A DNA stretch of 64,000 nucleotides from an uncultured Candidatus Moduliflexus sp. (GTDB lineage: Bacteria > Moduliflexota > Moduliflexia > Moduliflexales > Moduliflexaceae), in contig CAZRSF010000017.1 in the NCBI GenBank assembly GCA_964602655.1, positions 24,116-88,115 of the forward strand. The letters are read 5' to 3'. Made by a program: the position numbers and the translations under genes. Shown here in pieces: positions 1-8,856 of the stretch. Within the stretch, counting starts at the first letter, position 1; each line of letters opens with the position of its first letter. The notes beneath the pieces are model-generated. The model had not been told where the DNA came from. It saw only the letters and a list, made by a program, of their open reading frames with translations, and ran no database searches.

Positions 1-758
1 AAGGCACGCAAATCGGCGTGTTCGAAGAAACCGAGCAAGACATGATCGAAGGCGTACTCAGTCTGGATGAACGACGCGTCAATATTGTCATGACCCCGCG
101 TTCGCAAATGGTCTGGCTTGATGTTGCCGATTCGCTCACAGATATTCGCACGGCAATTGTGAGAAGCAAACATTCGCATTTTCCTGTCGCAGAAGGCGAA
201 CTCGATAATGTCATCGGCATTTTGGACGCCACCGAACTGCTGGCATTAAACGGGACGGAAACATCATTCGATCTGCGGGCGCACGTCCATCCAGCCTTGT
301 TTATTCCAGAAAATTTTTCCACGCTCAAAACATTGGAGATTTTTAAACGCGAACGCACCCACATGGCGCTTGTGATTGATGAGTATGGCGGCATCGAGGG
401 GTTAGTCTCGTCGAATGATATCCTGGAAACCATTGTCGGCGATATGTTTTTAGATGAATCGCAGACTGAACCTCGCGTGTTTCAGCGCGAAGACGGCTCG
501 TTTCTGTTGGATGGATTGCTGCATATTGACCAGTTGAAGAAGTTTTTCGACATCGAAGAACTGCCGGATGAAGACGAAGCCAATTACCAGACCGTCGGCG
601 GGTTTGTCAGCAGTCATATCGAGCATCTCCCCGCCGAAGGGCAGCATTTCGAATGGAACAACATGCGCTTCGAAATCATGGATATGGACGGTCGGCGCGT
701 GGATAAGGTGCTGGTGGTTTTGCTCAAAAAGGAACAGTCGGTTTCGGAAGAAAAATAA
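1..758 (+). CDS. HlyC/CorC-family transporter-associated protein, C-terminal part (CBS pair + CorC_HlyC domain); 5' end lies before the window
   Basis: The ORF is open from base 3 in frame with the 18..758 ORF. The translation shows tandem CBS-like segments followed by a CorC/HlyC transporter-associated C-terminal domain (…PAEGQHFEWNNMRFEIMDMDGRRVDKVLVV), as in TlyC/CorC proteins. Confidence 0.75.
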   Translation, partial: GTQIGVFEETEQDMIEGVLSLDERRVNIVMTPRSQMVWLDVADSLTDIRTAIVRSKHSHFPVAEGELDNVIGILDATELLALNGTETSFDLRAHVHPALFIPENFSTLKTLEIFKRERTHMALVIDEYGGIEGLVSSNDILETIVGDMFLDESQTEPRVFQREDGSFLLDGLLHIDQLKKFFDIEELPDEDEANYQTVGGFVSSHIEHLPAEGQHFEWNNMRFEIMDMDGRRVDKVLVVLLKKEQSVSEEK

Positions 759-819
759 ACGGATTTTCTGTAAGATTCATTCTCGGCGCGAATCATTCGA
801 TGATTCGCGCCGATGGTGT

Positions 820-3800
820 TTATTGTGCCTGCCCAATGCGAGGATCAGATGCCAGAATATCATCGCAGATTGCACGATCTTCCACGCTGAGGATTGGGGT
901 ATTTTTCAGGTAATTTTTCACAAAACCGCATAATTTTTCGAATTGCGTTTGCCAATCCAAACGAATATCCCAAAACCTGATCGAGCCATCTTTGGCTGAA
1001 GATACCAGCATATTTCCATCTGGAAAGAACGCAAGACCAAAGACTTGCGCCTGATGTTCATCGAATGAGCCGAGCAAATCTCCATCTGAGACATCCCAAA
1101 TCTTGAGAGTTTGATCCATGCTCGCAGACGCCAATAGTGTTCCATCGGGGCTGAAAGCAACATTTGTCACCCCGCTTCTATGCCCGTTCAGCGTTCGGAT
1201 CAGGGCTTTGCTTTCAACATTCCATAGCTTGATTGTCTCATCCCGACTGGCTGACGCCAGTATCTTCCCATCTGGACTGAACGCAAGATTACGGATATTA
1301 TTCGTATGACCGGACAACGTTGTCAGAAGCTGCTGCGTTTTCACATCCCAAAGATGCAATGCGCCTTCGAATCCACCTGATGCAAGAATTTCCCCATCTG
1401 GACTGAACGTGACCGCATTGACTTTTTTCGCTGGAGAGATTTTGAATGTCGTAAGCAATTTCCGTTCGACAATATTCCAAAGCTTGACAGTTGCGTCATG
1501 ACTTCCCGATGCCAACAACTCGCCGTCGGGACTGAATGCGACGGCAGACACAGAATCGTTATGGCCTGCGAACGTGGCAAGTTCCTTTTTTTCCTCAATA
1601 CCCCAAAGCTTGATCTCTTTGTCTTGGCTTGCTGATGCTAATAATTTTCCATCAGGGCTGAATGCGACCGAAAGGACTGGTTTCTTATGATAGCCAGTAA
1701 AGACGGTTGTCCATGCTTTCTCGTCGAGACGTTTTACCATTACAGTATTGTCATTATGCCCACTGGCAAGGAGCGTTCCATTAGGGTTAAGCGCAATTGC
1801 GGGAATCGAACTGTCGCCGCCTTCGAGCAGGTTTTCTGGTCGGGCTTTTTCAATATTCCAGAATGTTAATTCTCCGCTCGAATCTCCAGAGGCTAACGTC
1901 AGCGGCGATTGAGAAAAGCTGAGACTGAATACGCTGTTTCCGTTGCCTTTCAATGTCGCATACGTTTGCCCTGTTGCGACATCCCAGAGCATGATCGTTG
2001 CGTCGTTACTTGCAGAAGCCACAAGCGATCCGTCCGGGCTAAATTTGACACTATTCACATTGTCTGTATGGGCGGTAAAGGTGTTGAGGAGCGTTCGCGT
2101 TCGCACATCCCAGAGCTTGACGCTCTTATCCCAACTGCCAGACACTAATTTTGTCCCGTCAGGACTGAGAGCAATCCGGGTAATGACATTATTGTGCGCT
2201 TGCAGGGACGTGAATCGGACGGGATTGCTATTCTCCCGGAAGAAGAGATGCCCGGAAGAAGTCGCCGCAATAATGGTCGCATTGTCAGGAGAGAACATCA
2301 CGTTGGTTATTGCGCTTGAAAGGCCATCTTTTTTTGTTGAAAACGTCTCTAAAAGTTTCCTTGAAGGAATGTCCCATACGCGTACAGTTCCATCCCATCC
2401 CCCTGAAAGCAAACGTGTTCCGTCAGCATTGAACGCCACGCTTTCGACATGGACTGTTTCGCCATCTAACGTTTGCAGGATTTGCCCGGAAGCAACATCC
2501 CACAGTTTTACCGTTTTATCATAGCTTCCGGATGCCAGCAACTTACTGTCAGGGTTGAATGCCACGCTGAAAACTTCCGCGTCATGTCCTGTCAATCTGG
2601 CATGAAGCGTTCCATCTGCCACGTTCCAGATACCGATGGTGTTATCCATGCTTGCTGAAGCTAAAAATGCCCCATCAGGGCTGTATTGAAGATATTTGAC
2701 GGTTTTCTGATGACCGGCTATTCGATTCTTTTGCCGGATTCCGCCAAGCACATCTTTGAGTTCGAAGAATGCCTGATATTGCAGCTTTTTCGGAATATTC
2801 GGCTGAGACGCTAACTTGCCAATGCGAATCCAGTCCAGCACAGGCTCAAGGTCGTGCTCTCGTTTCGCCGTGATGTCTTTCGTCTTGTAGATCAGCGTTT
2901 CAAGTTCTGAATTCGGCGACGCTGCGGGCGTTGTGGTGACAGGAGCAGTGAGGCGAGGCCATAATTGCCAGCCACCGACAGCGAGGAGCAGCATGACCGC
3001 GGGAGTGAGAAGCACAAGCGGTTTCGGCTGCCGAAAGACGCGCTTCCCTTTCCGCAATCTCTCGAAATCTTTTCGAACCGAATGACTTGATTGATACCGC
3101 TGTTTCCAATCCGACAGTGTCATCCGTTCAAGAACAAGGCGGCAGCTTCGCGAAATATTCGGGCTGAACTGACGCAATAAGGCTGTGTTCGAGTGCTCTG
3201 TTTCTCCCAGAGATGTCCTGGAAAGCAGCGTCGTCAGCGTCATGCCGAGCGAATAAATATCCGAGGCGGGCATGGCGCGGCCTTCGAACTGCTCGAACGG
3301 CATGTAGCCATACGTGCCGACAATCGTCGAGCCGCCGCCGATGGTGGAATAATCCGCGCAAATTTTCTCGCGTACCGCGCCGAAATCAATCAACACGACG
3401 CGGCCTTCCGGCGTGACGATAATATTGCTCGGCTTGATGTCGCGATGAATAATCGGCGGCGTGAAACTGTGCAGGTAATCAAGAATGTTGAGAATTTCCA
3501 GCCCGACGTCTATGACTTCGCGTTCGGTAAAGTGCGTCCCTTCCGCCAACTTCTGCGCTAAACTTTTTCCGTCAATATACTCCTGCACAAGATAGAACTG
3601 CACATCTTCGCCGCTTTCCACGCTGAAAAAATCAAGATGTTTGGGAATCTGCGGATGATCTGACGTTTTGAGGATATTGGCTTCACGTTCGAACAGTTCG
3701 TAGGTTTTCCACTCATCAAGTTTGCGAAATGACAAACATTTAATCGCGCAACATTGATTTGTTTGCGTGTCAAGAGCGCGATACGTCGTCGCAAACCCGC

Positions 3801-3849
3801 CGCGCCCTAAGATGTCTTGAAGCTCGTAGCGATTATTCAACAGCATCAT
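820..3849 (-). CDS. Serine/threonine protein kinase with a central transmembrane segment and C-terminal WD40 repeats
   Basis: The N-terminus has Hanks-type kinase motifs (GRGGFATTY…AIK, HRDIKPSNII, DFG). A hydrophobic segment follows, then more than 12 WD40 units with WD/GH-x-WD spacing (LASAS.D.T..LW). Confidence 0.9.
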   Translation of the reverse strand: MMLLNNRYELQDILGRGGFATTYRALDTQTNQCCAIKCLSFRKLDEWKTYELFEREANILKTSDHPQIPKHLDFFSVESGEDVQFYLVQEYIDGKSLAQKLAEGTHFTEREVIDVGLEILNILDYLHSFTPPIIHRDIKPSNIIVTPEGRVVLIDFGAVREKICADYSTIGGGSTIVGTYGYMPFEQFEGRAMPASDIYSLGMTLTTLLSRTSLGETEHSNTALLRQFSPNISRSCRLVLERMTLSDWKQRYQSSHSVRKDFERLRKGKRVFRQPKPLVLLTPAVMLLLAVGGWQLWPRLTAPVTTTPAASPNSELETLIYKTKDITAKREHDLEPVLDWIRIGKLASQPNIPKKLQYQAFFELKDVLGGIRQKNRIAGHQKTVKYLQYSPDGAFLASASMDNTIGIWNVADGTLHARLTGHDAEVFSVAFNPDSKLLASGSYDKTVKLWDVASGQILQTLDGETVHVESVAFNADGTRLLSGGWDGTVRVWDIPSRKLLETFSTKKDGLSSAITNVMFSPDNATIIAATSSGHLFFRENSNPVRFTSLQAHNNVITRIALSPDGTKLVSGSWDKSVKLWDVRTRTLLNTFTAHTDNVNSVKFSPDGSLVASASNDATIMLWDVATGQTYATLKGNGNSVFSLSFSQSPLTLASGDSSGELTFWNIEKARPENLLEGGDSSIPAIALNPNGTLLASGHNDNTVMVKRLDEKAWTTVFTGYHKKPVLSVAFSPDGKLLASASQDKEIKLWGIEEKKELATFAGHNDSVSAVAFSPDGELLASGSHDATVKLWNIVERKLLTTFKISPAKKVNAVTFSPDGEILASGGFEGALHLWDVKTQQLLTTLSGHTNNIRNLAFSPDGKILASASRDETIKLWNVESKALIRTLNGHRSGVTNVAFSPDGTLLASASMDQTLKIWDVSDGDLLGSFDEHQAQVFGLAFFPDGNMLVSSAKDGSIRFWDIRLDWQTQFEKLCGFVKNYLKNTPILSVEDRAICDDILASDPRIGQAQ

Positions 3850-3891
3850 CCGCCTCCGCTGCCGCTGTGTACTTTTTTACGAAATTATGCG

Positions 3892-5085
3892 TTATTCTTT
3901 TTTCTCTGGGATGGCAGGCGTTTTCAGGCTGACCAATTCTGTCAGAAGTTGATTGAAACCGCTATACACATGCAGCGTTTGAATCTGCTCGGTCAGTTTT
4001 TCCAGCGTTTCCAACTCTTTCAGCCGCATGAGCGTCGGGCTGTCTTCCATCAATTTCGCCGTGTTCAGCAGCGAACGGGTCGCAGCGGTTTCTTCGCGGC
4101 GTTTGATCAAATTCGCCTCCGCCAGCTTTTTCGCTTCGATCACTTTATTGACTAATTCCCGCATATCGCCCGGCAGAATCAAATCTTTGACGCCGAGGCT
4201 GCGCAGGTCAATCCCGATTTCCGCCATTTTCGGACGCGCCGTGTTCAAAATCGCCGGATTGATCGCCTCTTTGTCGTCTAATAATTCATCCAGCGTTTTG
4301 CCGCCTACCGCTTCCCGCAAGCCGAATTGTAACTCTTTGTAGAGATGTTCGGTGTAATTCGACACGCTCGTCCGCGCCTTCACCGGATCGGTCACGACGA
4401 ACCAGCAGGTCAGCGTGATACGCAAGCTGATGCGGTCTTTCGTCAGCAATTCCTGGCCGGAAATATCGGTTTGCTGCAAGCGCGTGTCAATCGTTTCGCA
4501 GCGAATATCGCGCCCGAATTTCCAGAAACCATACACGCCCGGCGGCAGCGTCCGCTCCAATTTCCCATTCACGAACAACAGCCCGACAGACGCTTCAGGA
4601 ACAATCTGGCAAAGAAACGAGGTCGGATTTTTTATGCGCATAAACTGCTGCAATTTTTCCGCTGGAATCTCATACGAATCGGAAATATCCATCAACTCTA
4701 ACGAGAGCGTATGAAACGCCTTCCAGTAGAGCTTGCGCGTTGCAGGCAAAACAATTGTAGAAAAATGGCCGTCTTCGAATAACATCCCGACTTGCTGATC
4801 CAACACGTCTGTCGCGAAAAAATGCTGCGCGACAATTTCGGGATATTCCTTACGCAGCATATCGGCGAGAGGGCTGTTAAATTCCAGCGAGTTCACGTCA
4901 TACACATCATACGTAAGGTCGCCAAGCGGATTCGGAAAATAATAGACGCCAGGCAGCAACACCTGAAGCAGCCGTCCCTGCCGAAAAACTAACGCGCGTT
5001 CATGTGCCGCAACGGTGATCTCTTCCCGCATCAGCAGCTTATTGACAAGCGAATACAATGATTTGATCATAATGTGACCTCTCAA
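3892..5085 (-). CDS. SPFH/Band-7 domain protein (slipin/flotillin-like)
   Basis: The translation contains an SPFH core (…ISGQELLTKDRISLRITLTCWFVVTDPVKA…) followed by a coiled-coil C-terminus. The true start may be the internal Met at 5070. Confidence 0.65.
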   Translation of the reverse strand: MRGHIMIKSLYSLVNKLLMREEITVAAHERALVFRQGRLLQVLLPGVYYFPNPLGDLTYDVYDVNSLEFNSPLADMLRKEYPEIVAQHFFATDVLDQQVGMLFEDGHFSTIVLPATRKLYWKAFHTLSLELMDISDSYEIPAEKLQQFMRIKNPTSFLCQIVPEASVGLLFVNGKLERTLPPGVYGFWKFGRDIRCETIDTRLQQTDISGQELLTKDRISLRITLTCWFVVTDPVKARTSVSNYTEHLYKELQFGLREAVGGKTLDELLDDKEAINPAILNTARPKMAEIGIDLRSLGVKDLILPGDMRELVNKVIEAKKLAEANLIKRREETAATRSLLNTAKLMEDSPTLMRLKELETLEKLTEQIQTLHVYSGFNQLLTELVSLKTPAIPEKKE

Positions 5086-5089
5086 TAAG

Positions 5090-5116
5090 CCTCACAGGTT
5101 TTTAAAACCTGTGAGG
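5090..5116. repeat. REP-like palindrome, family 1 (CCTCACAGGTTTT-TAAA-AACCTGTGAGG); other copies at ~10474-10504 and ~43766-43796
   Basis: A perfect inverted repeat is visible in the sequence. Three near-identical copies occur in the window, all intergenic. Confidence 0.8.
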
Positions 5117-5398
5117 TTTGGAAAAGAAGGGGAAAACTGAACGCCTCACAGCATTAAACGCGGTCTCCGGCTTCAGGATGGCAGATGTGCCTGTATTACG
5201 GTGCGAATCGTTCATGCGTCGCCGCTGCCGAAACAACGGCTCAACATGCGCGACGCCGCGCCGTTCAAGGCCATACCGTCATCCGGTATCCGCCGGAGCG
5301 CAGGGCGTCAATTCTGTCCGGCGCAGCCGGTTGACCGAAACTTGCCCGGCCTTCCAGCCCGCCGCTGAGACGTTCAGCATCCCCTGGTAAAGGAATTT

Positions 5399-5470
5399 GG
5401 GACAGGGCTCGAACCTGTGAACTGAGCGGTATTAGCGCTCTGCTCTAACCAACTGAGCTACCCATGGTGG
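5399..5470 (-). tRNA. tRNA-like gene, probably degenerate (pseudo-tRNA)
   Basis: The reverse complement reads TAGCTCAGTTGGTTAGAGC (D-arm), GAGCG-CTAATAC-CGCTC (anticodon arm), ACAGG-TTCGAGC-CCTGT (T-arm), CCCA. Only 4 bp of acceptor stem can pair, and the anticodon loop gives the non-standard AAT anticodon. This is consistent with a decayed Met/Ile-type tRNA. Coordinates are accurate to about ±3. Confidence 0.4.
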
Positions 5471-5494
5471 CGAGCGTTCTAACCATCTGAACTA

Positions 5495-5532
5495 TCCGGT
5501 TGCCCGGAGCGGGACTCGAACCCGCGACCTCT
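5495..5532 (-). pseudogene. tRNA 3'-half fragment: variable hairpin, T-arm (GCGGGTTCGAGTCCCGC) and acceptor 3' strand TCCGGGC-A, with no matching 5' half
   Basis: The reverse complement reads …CGCGAGAGGTCGCGGGTTCGAGTCCCGCTCCGGGCAACC. It is followed directly by another D-arm-like fragment (GGATAGTTCAGATGGTTAGAAC). I found no complementary 5' acceptor strand within 400 nt. Confidence 0.4.
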
Positions 5533-5810
5533 CGCGTGGCGGAAATGTCCGTTTCGGCATCGGCACGCAAAGACTCAATTCGCAGAATCTCCGCGCCAGC
5601 GAGGCATGTAGAACCCCAACTTTTGACGCCTGAACGTTGGTGTGACACTTCCGATTTAAAGAGATAAAAAAGAATGGAAAATCTGTCAAGCGTTTCTTGA
5701 GAGAAACCACAAACGGTCAGGGCAAACGCATCTCAATAGGTGATTTGAGGGCGTGTTCAGCGCACACCCCGATTCATCGGGGGGTGTTGGAACGACCGGA
5801 CGCCAGCAAG

Positions 5811-5830
5811 CACCGCTTCAGCGGGTTTTT
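5811..5830 (+). terminator. Intrinsic-terminator-like hairpin (CCGCTTCAGCGG + GTTTTT) inside a symmetric hairpin-rich element
   Basis: A GC hairpin followed by a T-tract is visible on the plus strand. The reverse-complement hairpin CCGCTGAAGCGG lies 25 nt downstream. Confidence 0.4.
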
Positions 5831-5980
5831 CGTCGGACGGGACACCGCTGAAGCGGTTCGGGGGGAGACAGGAACGTGTCCCACACCCCGATGAATCGGG
5901 GTGTGGGCTCAACCCATGCCTGTCACGCCTTCACATCAAGCATGTAGATGCGTTTGCCCTGCACAAACGGTCATTATTTA

Positions 5981-6061
5981 CCACGAAACACACGAAAATA
6001 TGGAGAACGTCTTCATCGGATGAATAATTTGATTTTTTCGTGTATTTCGTGTGTTTCGTGG
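5981..6061. repeat. Small element bounded by 17-bp inverted repeats CCACGAAACACACGAAA / TTTCGTGTGTTTCGTGG; a related copy lies at ~8054-8118
   Basis: Perfect terminal inverted repeats flank about 47 bp of AT-rich DNA. A second element with CACGAAAGGCACGAA / TTCGTGCCTTTCGTG arms follows the OsmC gene. Confidence 0.6.
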
Positions 6062-6110
6062 TGTGATAAAAAGCTTGACGGATTCCAGAATGATTTCTAA
6101 ACGATGTTGC

Positions 6111-6974
6111 ATGATGTCGCCGTATCAACCAATTCAGCCAATGCTCAACCTGCGCCAGCAGCCGGGCTTTCGCAAGCAGAATGTCGCGCCGGATAGTCGC
6201 CTGCGCCCGTATATTTTCTGCTACTGGACGATGTATTCGGTCATGCCGCTTCAGATGCCCTGCGAAATACATGGCGTGCCGGACGGTTGCATTGATATTT
6301 TTCTGCATTGCCATCATTTTCGAACGACCTATCTGCTCGGTATTACGGAATCGCCAGTATTCCTGCCGGTTCCTGAACGCATTCAATATTTCGGCATCCG
6401 ATTTCTTCCCGGGAAAATTCATCATTTCTTTTCGCTGCCGCCTGCCGAACTGTATGATCGCCTGATTGCCGCGCATGACATCATCGGTCGAACGTTTCAA
6501 GAGATCGAAGAACAATTGCTGTTCGCGCGGTCGTTTCAAGACCAGATTGCGATTGTCGAGGCGCTGTTATTCAGGCTGCTGGCTCGCCGCACCTATCAGC
6601 CTGACGCGCGGTTCATGCGGATGCTGCGCCAGATTTACGCGCAGCACGGACAGATATCCGTTGAGCAGCTTGCGAAGCAGGAGCAGATCAGTGCCCGCCA
6701 TCTCCATCGCATGTTCGAGGCATTCTTAGGGATCGGCGCGAAAAAATTCTCGCGCATCATCCGCTTTCAGCATATTCTTGGGCAAATGCTCTCCGATAGG
6801 CCAAACCCTTTCATTGATCTGGCGTTAGATCACGGCTATTTCGATCAGGCGCATTTCATTAATGATTTTCGGCAGATGTTCGGAAAAGCGCCGTCGTCAG
6901 CCATCGTATCGCTTCCAGGCACACCATTTCCCGCCAAAATGGGAAACGTAGTTTCTGCAATACCAGAAGTATGA
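6111..6974 (+). CDS. AraC-family transcriptional regulator
   Basis: The C-terminus has an AraC-type double HTH (…LAKQEQISARHLHRMFEAFLGIGAKKFSRIIRFQHILGQML…LALDHGYFDQAHFINDFRQMFGKAPS). The start is uncertain: the ORF opens at a GTG at 6051 inside the repeat, so I chose the ATG at 6111. Confidence 0.8.
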   Translation: MMSPYQPIQPMLNLRQQPGFRKQNVAPDSRLRPYIFCYWTMYSVMPLQMPCEIHGVPDGCIDIFLHCHHFRTTYLLGITESPVFLPVPERIQYFGIRFLPGKIHHFFSLPPAELYDRLIAAHDIIGRTFQEIEEQLLFARSFQDQIAIVEALLFRLLARRTYQPDARFMRMLRQIYAQHGQISVEQLAKQEQISARHLHRMFEAFLGIGAKKFSRIIRFQHILGQMLSDRPNPFIDLALDHGYFDQAHFINDFRQMFGKAPSSAIVSLPGTPFPAKMGNVVSAIPEV

Positions 6975-7114
6975 GATTCAGTTTAAGGGCGTTCCCTGGC
7001 TGATTCCTGTAAAAATCGGTTGTGCAGGCTGATGGCATGGGGTTCGCATAGTAAATGATAGAAATTTATTGTCCATCATGTCATTTCACACATACCAACA
7101 TCAGGAGAATTATT

Positions 7115-7405
7115 ATGAAATTTTTTCAATGGTTATCTCTCTCGACAGTCTTCGGAATGTTTTTTTTCAGCGGTTGCGCGCCGTCAGTTTCTGTCACTCC
7201 CGCCGGACAGGATCGGCAGTATGAAGTCAGCGTATCGTCAAATGAATTCAGCGTCAGCGACACGAACGAATTGATTACGCTCTGGCATGAAAAAGCGCGT
7301 GAGGCGTGTAACGGCGGAAATTATAAGGTTATTACTCGCGATGTCATTCAGAAATCAGAACCGGTAGAGGAAACGTTGATGACAGGAATTATCGAATGTG
7401 AATAA
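7115..7405 (+). CDS. Small lipoprotein, hypothetical
   Basis: The RBS AGGAG lies 8 nt upstream of the ATG at 7115. The protein has a signal peptide with the lipobox FFSGC and is 96 aa long. Confidence 0.55.
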   Translation: MKFFQWLSLSTVFGMFFFSGCAPSVSVTPAGQDRQYEVSVSSNEFSVSDTNELITLWHEKAREACNGGNYKVITRDVIQKSEPVEETLMTGIIECE

Positions 7406-7620
7406 ACGCGGCAATAGATTGAAAAAGCCTGAAAGAAGCTCTTCTTTCAGGCTTTTTGCATTTTCCGTACACATATTTCAGGCATGTCCGATTTTTCCAA
7501 GACAATACAATTTTTTCTCTTATAATTAAAGTATGACAGCTTTTCGCGAGAGAACACATATTCGACGAACAGGTTATTCGCCAACACAGCAAACAATATA
7601 GCAACAGGAGATATTAAATC

Positions 7621-8046
7621 ATGGGCAATCACTTATCAGCCACCGTCACGTTAACCAACGATAAAATGCAATTTGCCGCGTCAACCCGCGCCAACCCGAA
7701 AGTGCAGATGGATTATTTCCCGCCGGTCGGCGACGGTGAGGGCTATACCGGATTGGAAATGCTGCTGATGGCTTTTTGCGGATGCAACGCGTCGTCAATC
7801 GTGTTCCTGCTGCGCCGAATGAATAAGACTGTCGCGGGCTTCACCGTCAATGGCAGCGGAGAGCGCCGCGAACAGCACCCGACCTGCTTTCGGACTATCG
7901 CATTAGAATACATCATCACATCGCCGGATATTGAAGAAAGTGATCTGCAACAAGCGATTCGAATGACAGAAGAAACTTACGGTCCGGTCTGGGCGATGCT
8001 GAAAGGCAATGTCGAAATTACGACGACCTTCCGCGTTCAACGTTAA
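7621..8046 (+). CDS. OsmC/Ohr-family peroxiredoxin-like protein
   Basis: The protein is 141 aa with the OsmC signature region (…GEGYTGLEMLLMAFCGCNASSIV…) and the conserved Cys pair. Confidence 0.8.
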   Translation: MGNHLSATVTLTNDKMQFAASTRANPKVQMDYFPPVGDGEGYTGLEMLLMAFCGCNASSIVFLLRRMNKTVAGFTVNGSGERREQHPTCFRTIALEYIITSPDIEESDLQQAIRMTEETYGPVWAMLKGNVEITTTFRVQR

Positions 8047-8215
8047 TCTTTACGCCACGAAAGGCACGAAAAAGAAACCATAAAAATCTTCGTGCCTTTC
8101 GTGTGTTTTGTGGTTTCGAAAGACGAATTTTGTTGCCTTCCCCTTTGACGCATGTTACGCAATCCGCGTTGTTGTCCGAATTCTGATATATCAAACGAAC
8201 TCAAGGAGCGAATAT

Positions 8216-8776
8216 ATGAGATGGAACAGCCTGTTATGTAGTGTGTTGATGGGGGCGGTTGCGCTGTCCGGGTGCGGCAAAAAAGAGACGCCGCAAGAAC
8301 GCGCGGAGAAAGCGATGGAACAATTGAAGAAAATTTCGGCGTGCGAATTGGTGACGAAAGCCGAGATGGAAGCGATTCTCGGTGTAACGCTCGCCGAGCC
8401 GGACGGCAAGGTTCCCGTGACGAGCGCCCCGCCGATGTGCTCTTATACTGCCGCATCAGAAAACCTGAAAGACTTCCTTTCAGTCACTCTGATGGTATTA
8501 CCTTCATCTGACAGCGACCCGAAAAAAACGTATGACACGTTTCTCAATAGCGAAAACGGACTTCTGAAGCAGATCCCGAACGCGAAGATCGAACCGGTGG
8601 ATGGATTTGGTGGTGCTCCTGCGTTTTGGTATGGAGAAATGCATCAATTGTATGTGTTTACGCCTGACATCGTCCTGAGCGTGACCGGAATGTCGCCCCA
8701 GCAGCCGGAGAAAATAACGCTGGAGACACATAAAAAAATTGCGGAAACCGTCTTGCCGCGCCTGCCGAAAAAATAA
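8216..8776 (+). CDS. Lipoprotein, hypothetical
   Basis: The RBS AAGGAG precedes the ATG at 8216. The protein has a signal peptide with the lipobox LSGC. I recognised no domain. Confidence 0.55.
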   Translation: MRWNSLLCSVLMGAVALSGCGKKETPQERAEKAMEQLKKISACELVTKAEMEAILGVTLAEPDGKVPVTSAPPMCSYTAASENLKDFLSVTLMVLPSSDSDPKKTYDTFLNSENGLLKQIPNAKIEPVDGFGGAPAFWYGEMHQLYVFTPDIVLSVTGMSPQQPEKITLETHKKIAETVLPRLPKK

Positions 8777-8820
8777 ATATTCCAGCCGCGAAATATACGA
8801 AAATATATCGTTATTCAAGC

Positions 8821-8849
8821 CCTGACAGGGTGTAAAACCCTGTCAGGGC
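8821..8849. repeat. REP-like palindrome, family 5 (CCTGACAGGGT-GTAAA-ACCCTGTCAGGG); a variant lies at ~46570-46601
   Basis: A perfect inverted repeat sits between convergent genes. Confidence 0.7.
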
Positions 8850-8856
8850 TTGTGGT

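Noticed and set aside
5466-5640. Possible tmRNA (ssrA) on the minus strand, suggested by the tRNA-like T-arm/acceptor at ~5502-5525
   Set aside because: I found no complementary 5' acceptor strand (GCCCGGA-type), no tag-peptide reading frame ending in …LAA* and no pseudoknot-rich body upstream. A tRNA 3'-half fragment explains it better.
5931-6539. 202-aa minus-strand ORF overlapping the AraC regulator gene
   Set aside because: The plus-strand frame carries a clear AraC HTH domain, whereas the minus ORF is Arg-rich with composition typical of an antisense frame.
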